From: a virus
Taxonomy: Duplodnaviria > Caudoviricetes
IMG/VR virus record: IMGVR_UViG_3300020366_000001
Coordinates: 64,001-128,000 of that record
Strand: one strand, 5' to 3'
Length of the DNA: 64,000 nucleotides
In this document: positions 19,050 through 29,423 of the stretch, one piece after another
How the letters are laid out: the number at the start of each line of letters is the position of its first letter
Position numbering within the stretch: position 1 is the first letter of the stretch
The notes under the pieces: generated by a model
Told to the model about the DNA's origin: nothing
The model's input: only the letters and a program-made list of their open reading frames with translations
The model's database searches: none
Translations under genes and position numbers: made by a program

Positions 19050-19298
19050 TTATAGTTTAGAAACTAAGTCTTTAAGTAATGACTTAATCTCCGAAATTTC
19101 ATCTTGTAATCTTTTAATATCCTCAGTATTGTTAATACTGCGAACAGCTGCTTCCTTCTGACGAAGGTAAGCATCATATGCTTCTTTATTTGTATTCACG
19201 ATGGCACCTGTAGTGCCATCCTTCTTAAGATTTTGGTGACCTGTGACTCTATAGTCACTATTTTTAGCCCACATTTCAAGTATATTAAATGGTTGCAA
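19050..19298 (-). CDS. Conserved small protein downstream of the VrlC-like gene
   Basis: RVTGHQNLKKDGTTGAIVNT...EISEIKSLL pattern; start uncertain. Confidence 0.7.
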   Translation of the reverse strand: MQPFNILEMWAKNSDYRVTGHQNLKKDGTTGAIVNTNKEAYDAYLRQKEAAVRSINNTEDIKRLQDEISEIKSLLKDLVSKL

Positions 19299-22200
19299 TA
19301 GCGCGAATGTCTCTGATTCTAGGAGGCATCGCAGGATTGCGTGATCTCATAACGATCTTGATTGCAAAGGAACTAAACTCATTCAGATTGTCAACTGTGA
19401 ATGAATACTCCTTAAAGTCTGAGGAATCTTCGGTTGTGGGAGAGAAGTTAGTTCCTGTAGTAGGAGTAACAACCACATCGGATTCGCCATACTCATTGAA
19501 GTAATTCCAGTTGATTTCACTGAAGAAGATCTGCTGCGATGCTCTCTTGATTTTGTACATAACAGCAATGTCGTCAATTTCCTGCAGGGCAGCAGCAATC
19601 TTGACCGAAATACCGTTACCAGGATTATCGAGAGAAATTTCTTTAGTAACATACGTAGCGATGTTACTAGCATTCTTCAATCTATCGGGAGTATAAAGAA
19701 CTCCATATGAATCATAGACTGCCTTGATCTGCATCGGAACTTTATAAGATTCGTTAGTCAGATCGAAACCAGATTGATAAGCACCACCTGCAACAGCACC
19801 AGCGCCAATCACATCTCCAACATTAAAAGATGATGCATTAGATGTGAGTAGCATTCTGTAGTTTTCTTGATTCCAGCGAGTAACTTGACCCGTCTTAGTA
19901 TCAAGGTTGTTAGCGAGATTATCGCCACTAGTAATATCAAATTGTGCGAGAGAAAGAGTTCCAGAAACCTTGAGCGGTAAAGTTAAACCAGCTGCATTTC
20001 CAGTACCAGCACCAGATCCATTAAAGTCATCATTGTATGTAGAAGAACCACTGAATACGGGTTCTTCACCAATAAGGAAACCGTCACCTTCAATAATTCT
20101 CACATACAATTTACCAGTGCTAGCACCAGCATCCCAGAAAGAAATAACACCTTTCGTCTTAGATGTTTTACCAGTAACTACTTGCCCAATACCACCAGTT
20201 GCTTCCAGAGCAATAGTATTACCAATAGCAACAGGAGAAGCGTTACTATCGGTGAAGTTCAGGACTACAGTCTTATAAAGTTCAACTTCCTGTGTCAACT
20301 TACCATATCTCGGTTCGTCACCCTTAGCAGACTCAACTCTGTTAGTAGTAAGAATTGCCTTAGGATTCTTAATGTTGATGATTGGAGAAAGGTTTGCATT
20401 CGTAGTAGACAATGTAGCAGCAATATTCATACTGCTGTTATTGTTCATACGTGTTGCAAACATCTTTTCATTCAACTTAGAAGCAACTACCCTTTGTGTC
20501 GGGAAGAAGTATTCTTTGTTGAAGATAATATCAACAGGAACTTCAGGAGTGTAGTCAACAACATTATCTCTAGCATCCACTGCCTTAATGGCAGTTGTGG
20601 TGATCTGGGTCTCCAGACTAGTGTCGGCAAAATCTAGAGAATCAACTTTGATGTTTGCTTTCTCGTATTTGATTTGACCTAATGCTTTTCCGTTATATCC
20701 ACCGCCAATGGTAGTACCACCAGCATTAGTAGACATCGCAACGGTATAGAAGTCAATACCAACATCAATAACTGGGAGAATTTGACGGTTGAGTGCGCCA
20801 ATTGCATAACCACCAACGGAAGCAACATCCTTCAGAGCAACAAAAGAACCAGGATTCAAACCGTGATTCTTATGACTAATCTTGACAATCTTCTGGTTTG
20901 CACCATACAGATTGCTAGTAGTTGAATTAGAACCTTCTGAATTAGTTTGAATTGGATTGCTCTGAAGTTTGCCATAACCCATATCGGTGTTGATAAGGTT
21001 GATGACACCAGTCTTATTAGCAGTAAACTGTGCCTGATAAAGATCAAACTTAAGATCTTCATACTGGTTTGCAGTCCAAAGATCAGAGTTTTGAGACTTA
21101 AACAGAGAACCAATCAGAGGTTGAGTTGTTACCGTAGAGTTGGAATTGATTTCAGTCTCACCAAGTTTTGAAACGAAAGTCTTATACTTGGTGCTGTTGG
21201 TTTCAATAACCAAAGCATACTCTCTATCATTTTCCAGATATACGGGATATTGGAAATTAAACTTGGTAGGAATAAGTGCCTTAGCGTTAGTAGCAGCACC
21301 CATTCTTACTGCAGGTTTTGTGTACTTGACGACTGCAGTAGCATTTGCCAACTGCGTTGCACCTGTACCTGTGATAAGAACAGCAGGAGCAGTAGTGTAC
21401 TCGCTACCACCCAAAGAAGGTAGAATTTCGTAAACTTTGGTATCTGTAATTTGAGGTGCTGCAGTTGCGGTAACACCACCAGGAAGTTGAGGAGACTCGA
21501 TAGTAACAGTAGTAGAACCAGGATAACCATCGCCTAAGTCATTCATTACAATATGGGACACATAACCAGAGTCAAGAACAATATTCATCTTGACAATACT
21601 GTCACCAGAACGTGCATTGTTAGCAACAGTCAGTGAAGTAATAACAAGAGGTTCACCAGCAATAAAGGTTTCTTTATTGTGATCACCCAACATTAAAGTA
21701 TAGACTTGGTTAGTAGCAAGTGTAAACTCGTTATTAACAGCAGCAACAGGAGTGTTCTGCGAATCCAAAACTCCAATAAGGGGTCCTTGTGCGTTTGAAG
21801 TGTCTCCTTCAATGATCTCATCTTTTTTGAGATTATGTTCACCACTAGTAATAACGCGAAGATAGGTGATAGGATCAACAACAACGGTAGAACCAGGAAT
21901 AATATTCTTAGTAGGTCTTCCAGCAATAGTGTCAGTGACCTTAACCGTAATTGGAAGTTTCGCATCCTTTTCTGAGAAGTAAAGATCTAAGGAAGAAAGG
22001 AAGATACCACCATCAAAACTTTCGACTCTGAACGTTTGTGCCAAAGGATCGGCAACTGCTACATCAGGGTTAAGGATGTTTTCAGTATGCTGAATACCAT
22101 CAGTTTTGTCTTCCGAATCAACATCTTCGGTAGCAATAATATCATTTGGTGCTTCTTTCTTGATAGCACTTACTTTGAATGTTTTAGTTGCAACTGACTC

Positions 22201-25200
22201 AGCATCTTTGCCATTATTTTTATCACTGGTGAAAGTAATTTTCTTATCACCAACAGTAAAACGGAGACCTTTCTCTGTGTCAAATGTCAGATCATCGATT
22301 ACTTCTTCGTAACCAGTTCCTTTGGTTGGTCTTCTGCCACCAGGGAACAGAAGAATGCCAGTAGCATTACCACTATCGTCGGTAATTAAATCATCGCCAA
22401 AGTTACGAAGTGAAGAACCAACTTCACCTGAGTAAGAACGATCAGGGACAAAGTAATTTTGTGCTGCTTGTCCATCGATGAAAACATACAATTTTGTATC
22501 TGGTTTCATCCTACGAATATGGATATTCAGATACTGCTCTTTAGCATACAGAGTCATCGAAGTGGAAACTGTCTTTCCATTCTTAGTAGTGCTAGTTTCT
22601 CCGACAGCAACCTCGGAATTTTGAGATGCAATGTTAGAAGAACTAGTAGTAGAAGCACCAGTGACTTCAGACTCAGAATTATTAGGAGCGTCAGAACTCA
22701 GTGAACTAGTATTAGAGAACTCAGTCTCATTACCAGTGGCAGCTGTCTTACTAATATCGTGGATTTGAGACATTGCTTTGTCTCCATCCTCAGAGTTGAC
22801 TTCCAGAGTATCTAAAGTCTGGTTATCATTATTGTTGACAGCAGGTGTTTGATCTTCGTCATACCAGCAATCATAATTAGGAGAAATAGTTGCTTCGCCT
22901 TTATACTTAAAGACAAGGAATGGATTAACTGCAACTGTTTCTGTTGCAAAAGTATTTTGAGCAAATACTTTCTCGGTATATGGTAAGGTAACCATACCGT
23001 GATTTACAACATAATTAGAAAGTGCACGTGCAGTAGGAGAAGGATCCTTCTCTACCAACTCAATCGTAGTTTCTTTTGACTCAGGACGTAAGGTACCACG
23101 AGTCAAGTCAAGTGCTGCTTTAAAGTCAACTGATTGTAAGTTGGAAAGAGCAAAATTTTCAAAATTGTCAACAACAAAACCAGACTTAAATTTCTCAATA
23201 CCAGTCAGACTATCTTTGATCTGGGTGTTAAGAGCAGACTGTTCCAGAACAGAAAGCATTGTGTATCTTTCAAGTCTCTCAATTCTGGTTTGTAATTTAC
23301 CAATATCGCGCATAGTAAAGCGCTTATTCTCAACTGGATAGACCTTAACCTTCTTGAGGTTATCGGTATATGCAGGAATATACAGTTTGTATACCTTCAG
23401 TGCCTCATCAGAACTTTGTGCAGACTGAGGATCATTGGAACCAGCACCTTTCTTGACAAAGAAAGTGCCATCTTTCTTCAGGTAAACAATATCGATACGA
23501 TCGACATAGTAACTATAAGTACACTCAAATGTGTAAGGGAGTGATGATGCAGCTGCTTCTGCAGGTAATGCTGCGGAAACACCACCAGCAGTGAAGACTT
23601 CAGACACATTAGAGTTAGTGTCCATCACACTGGCATTCAAATAACCAGGAATGCTGGCAGAAGTACCAACTAAAGGACGGAAATCAACTACATCACCAAG
23701 ACTCTTTTTGCCATAAACAAGTGAAGTAAATTGAGGAATTTCGTCAAACGTAACACCTGCTTCGTGCAGATAGGAATCAACAGTAAAGAAGTCACCCTCA
23801 GAATGGGAGAAGTGATCAAAACCAATAACTAAAGTTCCTTGGGGAGTTGCAAATCCTGGTTTTCTGACAATCGATGCAGTGTCGTAGAGATTGTCTCTTT
23901 GTCCATCGTCAAACAGGAAATGATCAGTGATATTAGTTCCAGTGTCTCCCAGGATGTTTCCATTTTCGTCCACTGTTGGTGCGATTCCAGGAGCACCTTC
24001 GTAAATATAGCGTAATTTATAAACGTCTGAGAAAGACTTAACTTGACCTGTAGGATTATCGTAGTCATCACCTCTTAACGGAATAATTTCGTTATCAATA
24101 TCACCAGTAAGAGAAATGCGCTTGTTTTTGACTGCAGTCTTAAGTTTTGGTTTTGCCTTACTAGTTTTGATAGTAACGCTCAACTTAAGTTTCAGATCTG
24201 ACAAGTTCAAACTTCCAGACTGAACGAAATAATCTTCGGGAAGAACAATACTAATAGCACCAGCATTGTTAGTGGATGCAGAATTCTGAATCTGCACCAT
24301 AGATTCATCAATGTATAGGAGATCGCCATCTTTCACAATCTCGCCAGTAGCACTACCATATCTCGTGGTAGTTGCACCAGAACTATAAACTTCTAAGATA
24401 TAGTCTTGTCTATTGAATGGAGCAAACTCCTGCTGACCAAAATCTAAGTTTGCACTGAAGGTAACTGTGTTATCAGTACCACTAACTGTCACATTCTCAA
24501 TAAACTGTCTTCTAGCGTAATATTTAATTCCGCTATCATCGTCTTCCTTGACTACTGATTTGATTTTGGAGTTGGGCAGAGGAAGAATGAGACTGGACTT
24601 ACCAGCATTCTCAATGAGAGCATTAATCTTAGACAGCGTATTGGAAAGGAATCCAACAATCAAACGTTGCTTCAGATAAATTCTACCAGTTCTAGAGGTA
24701 GTAGGATTGCACGCTTTATAAACCTCATACTTATAAGTCTTACCATCAGCAGTAATCTGAATGAGATCGTCTTCTTTCAGTTCATCTGCTGGACGTGCGG
24801 AATAGTTAGTTGCCTCAACATAATCAGCATCAGTCTTACCAGAATATGCAAGACCATTACTCAAAGTCTTGTAACTGGCATATTGAGTATCTGCATACTG
24901 AACATCAGCGGTAAATGTCTTATTCAGATTACCGTGCTGCATACCAATGGAACGCAGATCCTCTGTACCAAAATTCTGAATAGTATTGGTGAAAAGAACT
25001 GCTCTAACATAAGCATCAGGATCATTAGAACTGTGCACACCACCATCATCAACCACCTCACAATCTGGAGGAGATTCATAGAGTTCAATGAGTTCTCTTC
25101 TGCCAAGTTCTGTTAATTGAACTTTGTGGATATAAGCATTCTGCTCATTAATACCAATATTGGAAGTGCCTTCTTTTGACACAACCACATAGTTAGACTG

Positions 25201-27537
25201 ATACGTACGATCGCCAATTTTCAATAAGCAACCATCGCTGTACTCAGCACCACCATAAGGAACAGTGAAGTGACTGATTCTTCCAGAAATGGCAATAACA
25301 GCAGCTTTTTCGCTGTTATCCATATCAAAAATTTCTTCTCCTTCTACAAACTGTCCAATAACTCCAGACAGAGTTAAGGTATTGGAGTGAGACAATGTGC
25401 AATTTTCGGGGTCATTTTGTCCAACAGACAGACCACCTTCTACAACACCAGTAGCACCAGAGATAGAACCTTGGATATTGGAACCAGTTTCAAACAAATG
25501 ATTACCAGTAAGTTTTAACTTGGTAAACAAGATTGGACTAGTGTATGCAATATCAAACGTTGCATCCTGCATAGTAGAGGAAGCAATAACGTTTTTGGTT
25601 TTATCAAAACCTTGAGGGAGACTTCTGAATCTAAAGTCTCTAGAAATAGCACGACCAATGATCGGAGTCACTGGCATAGTGTAATCAATAATCTCTCCGT
25701 ATTCGCCAGAACCATTAGATACTGCAAAGAGAGTCAAACCATCGGTTGCAGATTCTCCAACTTTTTGGGGACCGTGAGATTGATATGAAGCGTGAATCTT
25801 CTGTAAATTATCAATCGGTCCTCGAAGGATGAATTCGTGAACAACGTGAGTGGGGTTGCCACCACTGTTCTCGTTCATTCCACCAGAACCAGTCTCAGCT
25901 AACCAAGCAAGATTGGGGTTTGTACCGTCCGTTTGATAACTAAGGTTAAATCTCGCAGCGACAACATCAACCTCGACATAAGAAGAACCATTGTAGACAT
26001 ACAAAGTTTTCTTATTGCCGTCTTTCAATTGAGAAAGGACAATATCAGTAGGACTGGTAGCGGTGACATCAATAGAATCACCTCTAGTAGTATCCTTACC
26101 AGGATATACATAAACGGTCATCAGACCGATATTGTTATCGTATGGTACTCCTCTTAACTCGGAGCAAGCAAAGAAACTCTTAGCAGTAACTGGACCACTA
26201 AGTACCCCATTGGTACCTAGATATCCATCAATAAACTTACGATAAAGATTGATCTTTTTGAATGGAGTTGATTCGCCATCTAGAGTTGCACTGATAGGTA
26301 CACTACTCTGTACAGAACGAATACCAAGACGAGTTAAACTAGTAGCATATAAACGAGTATCAAATCTCGTTTGAGTTGATAATGCTTTGTCTAACTCAAT
26401 ATATTTTGACTCTTGATTTTCAACTTCGTAACCACGAATATATGCTTTGCCAGGTCCAATACCCAGCACCATTTTATTACGTGCTTCTAAAATCGAAAGA
26501 CCGTTAACTAGATTATCTGCATCTGCAGTATAGAAACCACTGCCATCTGCATTGTAGTAATCTTTAAGATCTGGAGTAAACTCGTTAACGACATAATCAC
26601 CAGACTCATCATAAGTTCTGCGTGCCAGAATCTCTTCAATCTGACTGGCAGGAGTCTGTTTGATTTGTCTTTGAATTTTGCCCTGTTGGAGATATACCAA
26701 CTGGACGAAATTTTTATTGGAGGGAGTATCAGTAGCAAACTTCTCCAGTGCCAGACTAATTTTCAGTCTGTGAGCACCAGGAGCAGAGAAGTTAGAATAT
26801 CCCTGTGCATTATCTTTCAGTGAAATATCATCTTCAGGAGTGATGATAGTTTCAGTAATAGTCCAACCAACTTTGTAAGAAGGATTTTGACCATACTTGT
26901 CAAGAATCAGTGTTTGTTCATCATTTTGAACAAAGTGACCATTAATAAAGTAAATACCTTTCTGCACATTGACAGCAGAACCCATTCCCAGTGCAGGGGT
27001 GTTAGAAGGTTTAATGCCATCGGTACCACACACCAGAGTAGGATCGTTACTGGTGGTAGGAGTCTCTAATTTGAGTGCTTCACCTTGACGGAACTTGGTG
27101 TCAATATTATCAGCACCAGAACTGACATATTTGACGTAGATTGTGTCAGCGTCAGTGCTAGTTTCGTAAGCGTAATTATCTACAATCGCCTTAACGCCTG
27201 AGGTCTGACCCACAAGGACCAGACCCATCAGTTGCGCAATGTCATACTTAACGAAATTAATTTCGTTATTGACATTCTGAGCAACCTGAGAAATGCTACT
27301 TAACTTTACGTATTCATACTTATCGGTAAACGAAACTTCACCAGGGATCACCATCTGACCCTGTTTGAACATACTGTTACCGACCTGTTCGACTTGATCC
27401 TGCAGCATAGACTGCAGTTGAGTCAGTTCTCTCGCTTGGATAGAATATCCAGGTCTGAACAGAACCCTATAGAAGTTTTTCCCCGCATCAAAGTCGTCGT
27501 AATACGGGGACCTATTCAGATTAGTATTTTGTGGCAT
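19285..27537 (-). CDS. VrlC/DUF4815-type large virion structural protein (2750 aa)
   Basis: NLNRSPYYDDF..KNFYRVLFRPG..QARELTQLQS, APGAHRLK, ARRTYDESGDY, GKAYIRGYE, RFTMRDIG, KSGFVVDNF and DPLAQTF motifs. Confidence 0.88.
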   Translation of the reverse strand: MPQNTNLNRSPYYDDFDAGKNFYRVLFRPGYSIQARELTQLQSMLQDQVEQVGNSMFKQGQMVIPGEVSFTDKYEYVKLSSISQVAQNVNNEINFVKYDIAQLMGLVLVGQTSGVKAIVDNYAYETSTDADTIYVKYVSSGADNIDTKFRQGEALKLETPTTSNDPTLVCGTDGIKPSNTPALGMGSAVNVQKGIYFINGHFVQNDEQTLILDKYGQNPSYKVGWTITETIITPEDDISLKDNAQGYSNFSAPGAHRLKISLALEKFATDTPSNKNFVQLVYLQQGKIQRQIKQTPASQIEEILARRTYDESGDYVVNEFTPDLKDYYNADGSGFYTADADNLVNGLSILEARNKMVLGIGPGKAYIRGYEVENQESKYIELDKALSTQTRFDTRLYATSLTRLGIRSVQSSVPISATLDGESTPFKKINLYRKFIDGYLGTNGVLSGPVTAKSFFACSELRGVPYDNNIGLMTVYVYPGKDTTRGDSIDVTATSPTDIVLSQLKDGNKKTLYVYNGSSYVEVDVVAARFNLSYQTDGTNPNLAWLAETGSGGMNENSGGNPTHVVHEFILRGPIDNLQKIHASYQSHGPQKVGESATDGLTLFAVSNGSGEYGEIIDYTMPVTPIIGRAISRDFRFRSLPQGFDKTKNVIASSTMQDATFDIAYTSPILFTKLKLTGNHLFETGSNIQGSISGATGVVEGGLSVGQNDPENCTLSHSNTLTLSGVIGQFVEGEEIFDMDNSEKAAVIAISGRISHFTVPYGGAEYSDGCLLKIGDRTYQSNYVVVSKEGTSNIGINEQNAYIHKVQLTELGRRELIELYESPPDCEVVDDGGVHSSNDPDAYVRAVLFTNTIQNFGTEDLRSIGMQHGNLNKTFTADVQYADTQYASYKTLSNGLAYSGKTDADYVEATNYSARPADELKEDDLIQITADGKTYKYEVYKACNPTTSRTGRIYLKQRLIVGFLSNTLSKINALIENAGKSSLILPLPNSKIKSVVKEDDDSGIKYYARRQFIENVTVSGTDNTVTFSANLDFGQQEFAPFNRQDYILEVYSSGATTTRYGSATGEIVKDGDLLYIDESMVQIQNSASTNNAGAISIVLPEDYFVQSGSLNLSDLKLKLSVTIKTSKAKPKLKTAVKNKRISLTGDIDNEIIPLRGDDYDNPTGQVKSFSDVYKLRYIYEGAPGIAPTVDENGNILGDTGTNITDHFLFDDGQRDNLYDTASIVRKPGFATPQGTLVIGFDHFSHSEGDFFTVDSYLHEAGVTFDEIPQFTSLVYGKKSLGDVVDFRPLVGTSASIPGYLNASVMDTNSNVSEVFTAGGVSAALPAEAAASSLPYTFECTYSYYVDRIDIVYLKKDGTFFVKKGAGSNDPQSAQSSDEALKVYKLYIPAYTDNLKKVKVYPVENKRFTMRDIGKLQTRIERLERYTMLSVLEQSALNTQIKDSLTGIEKFKSGFVVDNFENFALSNLQSVDFKAALDLTRGTLRPESKETTIELVEKDPSPTARALSNYVVNHGMVTLPYTEKVFAQNTFATETVAVNPFLVFKYKGEATISPNYDCWYDEDQTPAVNNNDNQTLDTLEVNSEDGDKAMSQIHDISKTAATGNETEFSNTSSLSSDAPNNSESEVTGASTTSSSNIASQNSEVAVGETSTTKNGKTVSTSMTLYAKEQYLNIHIRRMKPDTKLYVFIDGQAAQNYFVPDRSYSGEVGSSLRNFGDDLITDDSGNATGILLFPGGRRPTKGTGYEEVIDDLTFDTEKGLRFTVGDKKITFTSDKNNGKDAESVATKTFKVSAIKKEAPNDIIATEDVDSEDKTDGIQHTENILNPDVAVADPLAQTFRVESFDGGIFLSSLDLYFSEKDAKLPITVKVTDTIAGRPTKNIIPGSTVVVDPITYLRVITSGEHNLKKDEIIEGDTSNAQGPLIGVLDSQNTPVAAVNNEFTLATNQVYTLMLGDHNKETFIAGEPLVITSLTVANNARSGDSIVKMNIVLDSGYVSHIVMNDLGDGYPGSTTVTIESPQLPGGVTATAAPQITDTKVYEILPSLGGSEYTTAPAVLITGTGATQLANATAVVKYTKPAVRMGAATNAKALIPTKFNFQYPVYLENDREYALVIETNSTKYKTFVSKLGETEINSNSTVTTQPLIGSLFKSQNSDLWTANQYEDLKFDLYQAQFTANKTGVINLINTDMGYGKLQSNPIQTNSEGSNSTTSNLYGANQKIVKISHKNHGLNPGSFVALKDVASVGGYAIGALNRQILPVIDVGIDFYTVAMSTNAGGTTIGGGYNGKALGQIKYEKANIKVDSLDFADTSLETQITTTAIKAVDARDNVVDYTPEVPVDIIFNKEYFFPTQRVVASKLNEKMFATRMNNNSSMNIAATLSTTNANLSPIINIKNPKAILTTNRVESAKGDEPRYGKLTQEVELYKTVVLNFTDSNASPVAIGNTIALEATGGIGQVVTGKTSKTKGVISFWDAGASTGKLYVRIIEGDGFLIGEEPVFSGSSTYNDDFNGSGAGTGNAAGLTLPLKVSGTLSLAQFDITSGDNLANNLDTKTGQVTRWNQENYRMLLTSNASSFNVGDVIGAGAVAGGAYQSGFDLTNESYKVPMQIKAVYDSYGVLYTPDRLKNASNIATYVTKEISLDNPGNGISVKIAAALQEIDDIAVMYKIKRASQQIFFSEINWNYFNEYGESDVVVTPTTGTNFSPTTEDSSDFKEYSFTVDNLNEFSSFAIKIVMRSRNPAMPPRIRDIRAIATI

Positions 27538-27555
27538 TTCTTAGGCTCTTGTTAA

Positions 27556-29373
27556 TTAGAACTCAACGACGAGTTTGATGTCCTCAATCTGGTCAGAGGC
27601 ACGAGAGATAGCACGACGGTTCTCAATGTAAATGATATCGCCAGAGTTCTTCTCGATTTCAGGGTTAGCAGCGCCAGAAGCGAAGATAACACCGCCATCA
27701 GTCTGACCACCAGGGGTATTATATGAACTATTTACCGTAGCAGAAGAAAGGGAAGTTGCGCCACTAATTGCATCCGAACCATTGCTGAACGGATAAACAA
27801 CACCGTTATGGGTGTGACGGTCAGGAGACTGGAAGTACTTCAGAATGTTAAACTGAACACCATCCACAGTACCTTTCCAGGAAACCACGGTACCCTTAGC
27901 AGTCACAGATTGACCGTTGAGGGTGTAAGTCTGAGAGATTTCTTCGTCAACGAAGAAGTCACCAGTGGGGTTCTGAACTTTAAGTGCAGGAGTAGCACTC
28001 AGGTTGTCAGCAGTTGCAAAGTTGGTGGAGTTGTAGTTGTAAGGATCGCGGAGAAGACCGATGCGACGGAAGTCGTTATCAGTCGGGAAGTCACCCTCAC
28101 CTTCGTCATAGGTCAAGCGAGTGTTAATCATCACACGCTTACCACCAAGTTCCTCGACAGGATCAGCACCGTGACCACCTTGAGGAGGAATGATCACTTC
28201 CAGAGCGCCGCCAGTAGCGTCGCTGTTTGCGTCAATGTTGGAAGGAGTAGTCAGAGCGGCATCGCTGAAGACAGAACCAAGATTGATGGATGCATAGGTA
28301 TAACCTGTACCAGCAGCTTGGAGACTTGCCTCAACAATTGCGCCAGAATCGACAACTAACTTAGCGATACCGCTAGCACCATCACCTTGGATAGGAGCAT
28401 AGTAAGTACCAGGGTCATAGTTGGTACCACCATCGGTAATAAGAATAGTGTCGATAGCACCGTTGACCGCAGCAGAAGTAACTGCAGTTTCTTCGATGAT
28501 AGGAAGGAAGTCAGTAGACAGGAACTTCAGCACACTATCAGTAGGGATGGTGTACATATACTTCCAAACGTACGGACGCTTACCGTCAGTACGGAAACCA
28601 GGGTTGCCAGGATCTTCGGGTTCGATAAAGATACCAGAGATCGACTGAACCTTGGTGGGTTCGGTAACGGACACAACACCGCTAGGGTCGGAAGGGGTCT
28701 GACCGTTATACAAACACTTAAACACCTCATAGTTGCTGTTCATCACATAGAATGTGGAAGCAAACAGAGAGGTAGCACCCGTTGCACTAGTTTTAGAACT
28801 AGAATAATCGGGTTTGTACATATCGTACACGGTGTTCGTACCGAAGTTATAACGCTTGACCACGAAGGTCACGTCATCCTTCTTAACACGCTTAAGCGAG
28901 ATCATATCATCGTAGATCTCGAATTTCTCTTCTTGAGAATCGAAAGGAGTGGTAGGAACGTTTTCCGAACCAGTTCTCCACACACCTGCTTTGGCGGTAG
29001 CACCACTGGTATTACCAGTAGTAGTTACGCCATAAACAAAGTTGGAGTTCTGACCCGAAGCACCGTTAATATTTGAGAGAAGAACGGAATTTGGGAAGAC
29101 TTTTTGAACCGTGCCATACACGGTAGCACCGCCAGGGTAGGATGTACCCTGATAAACAATCTCTCCCTCTTGGAAAGTGTTATTAACAGCGTACAGTTCT
29201 AAGTACGCACGCCACTCTTGGGGGCGTCCAATAAAGAAGTATAATCGAGTTCTTTGGGTACCAGACTCAGCTGCTGATTCCTCACCAGGAGTCGAAGTGG
29301 TAGGTTCCGAAAGTGCCTCAACGAACTGCTGTGCATTATGAATTCTAAAGAGATCAGTGATAATTGCAGACAT
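27556..29373 (-). CDS. gp8: Baseplate wedge subunit (T4 gp8-like)
   Basis: MSAIITDLFRIHNA, YFFIGRPQEW, FYVMNSNYEVFKCLYN, WKYMYTI, PQGGHG and SGDIIYIENR...EDIKLVVEF motifs; TATAAATA at 29407-29414. Confidence 0.9.
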   Translation of the reverse strand: MSAIITDLFRIHNAQQFVEALSEPTTSTPGEESAAESGTQRTRLYFFIGRPQEWRAYLELYAVNNTFQEGEIVYQGTSYPGGATVYGTVQKVFPNSVLLSNINGASGQNSNFVYGVTTTGNTSGATAKAGVWRTGSENVPTTPFDSQEEKFEIYDDMISLKRVKKDDVTFVVKRYNFGTNTVYDMYKPDYSSSKTSATGATSLFASTFYVMNSNYEVFKCLYNGQTPSDPSGVVSVTEPTKVQSISGIFIEPEDPGNPGFRTDGKRPYVWKYMYTIPTDSVLKFLSTDFLPIIEETAVTSAAVNGAIDTILITDGGTNYDPGTYYAPIQGDGASGIAKLVVDSGAIVEASLQAAGTGYTYASINLGSVFSDAALTTPSNIDANSDATGGALEVIIPPQGGHGADPVEELGGKRVMINTRLTYDEGEGDFPTDNDFRRIGLLRDPYNYNSTNFATADNLSATPALKVQNPTGDFFVDEEISQTYTLNGQSVTAKGTVVSWKGTVDGVQFNILKYFQSPDRHTHNGVVYPFSNGSDAISGATSLSSATVNSSYNTPGGQTDGGVIFASGAANPEIEKNSGDIIYIENRRAISRASDQIEDIKLVVEF

Positions 29374-29423
29374 TGGATTTTAGTAAACTGAGACTGGATC
29401 CGAGGTTATTTATATTTAGTGGG

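Noticed and set aside
27808-29076. Plus-strand ORFs of 183 and 229 aa opposite gp8
   Set aside because: Same shadow-frame effect
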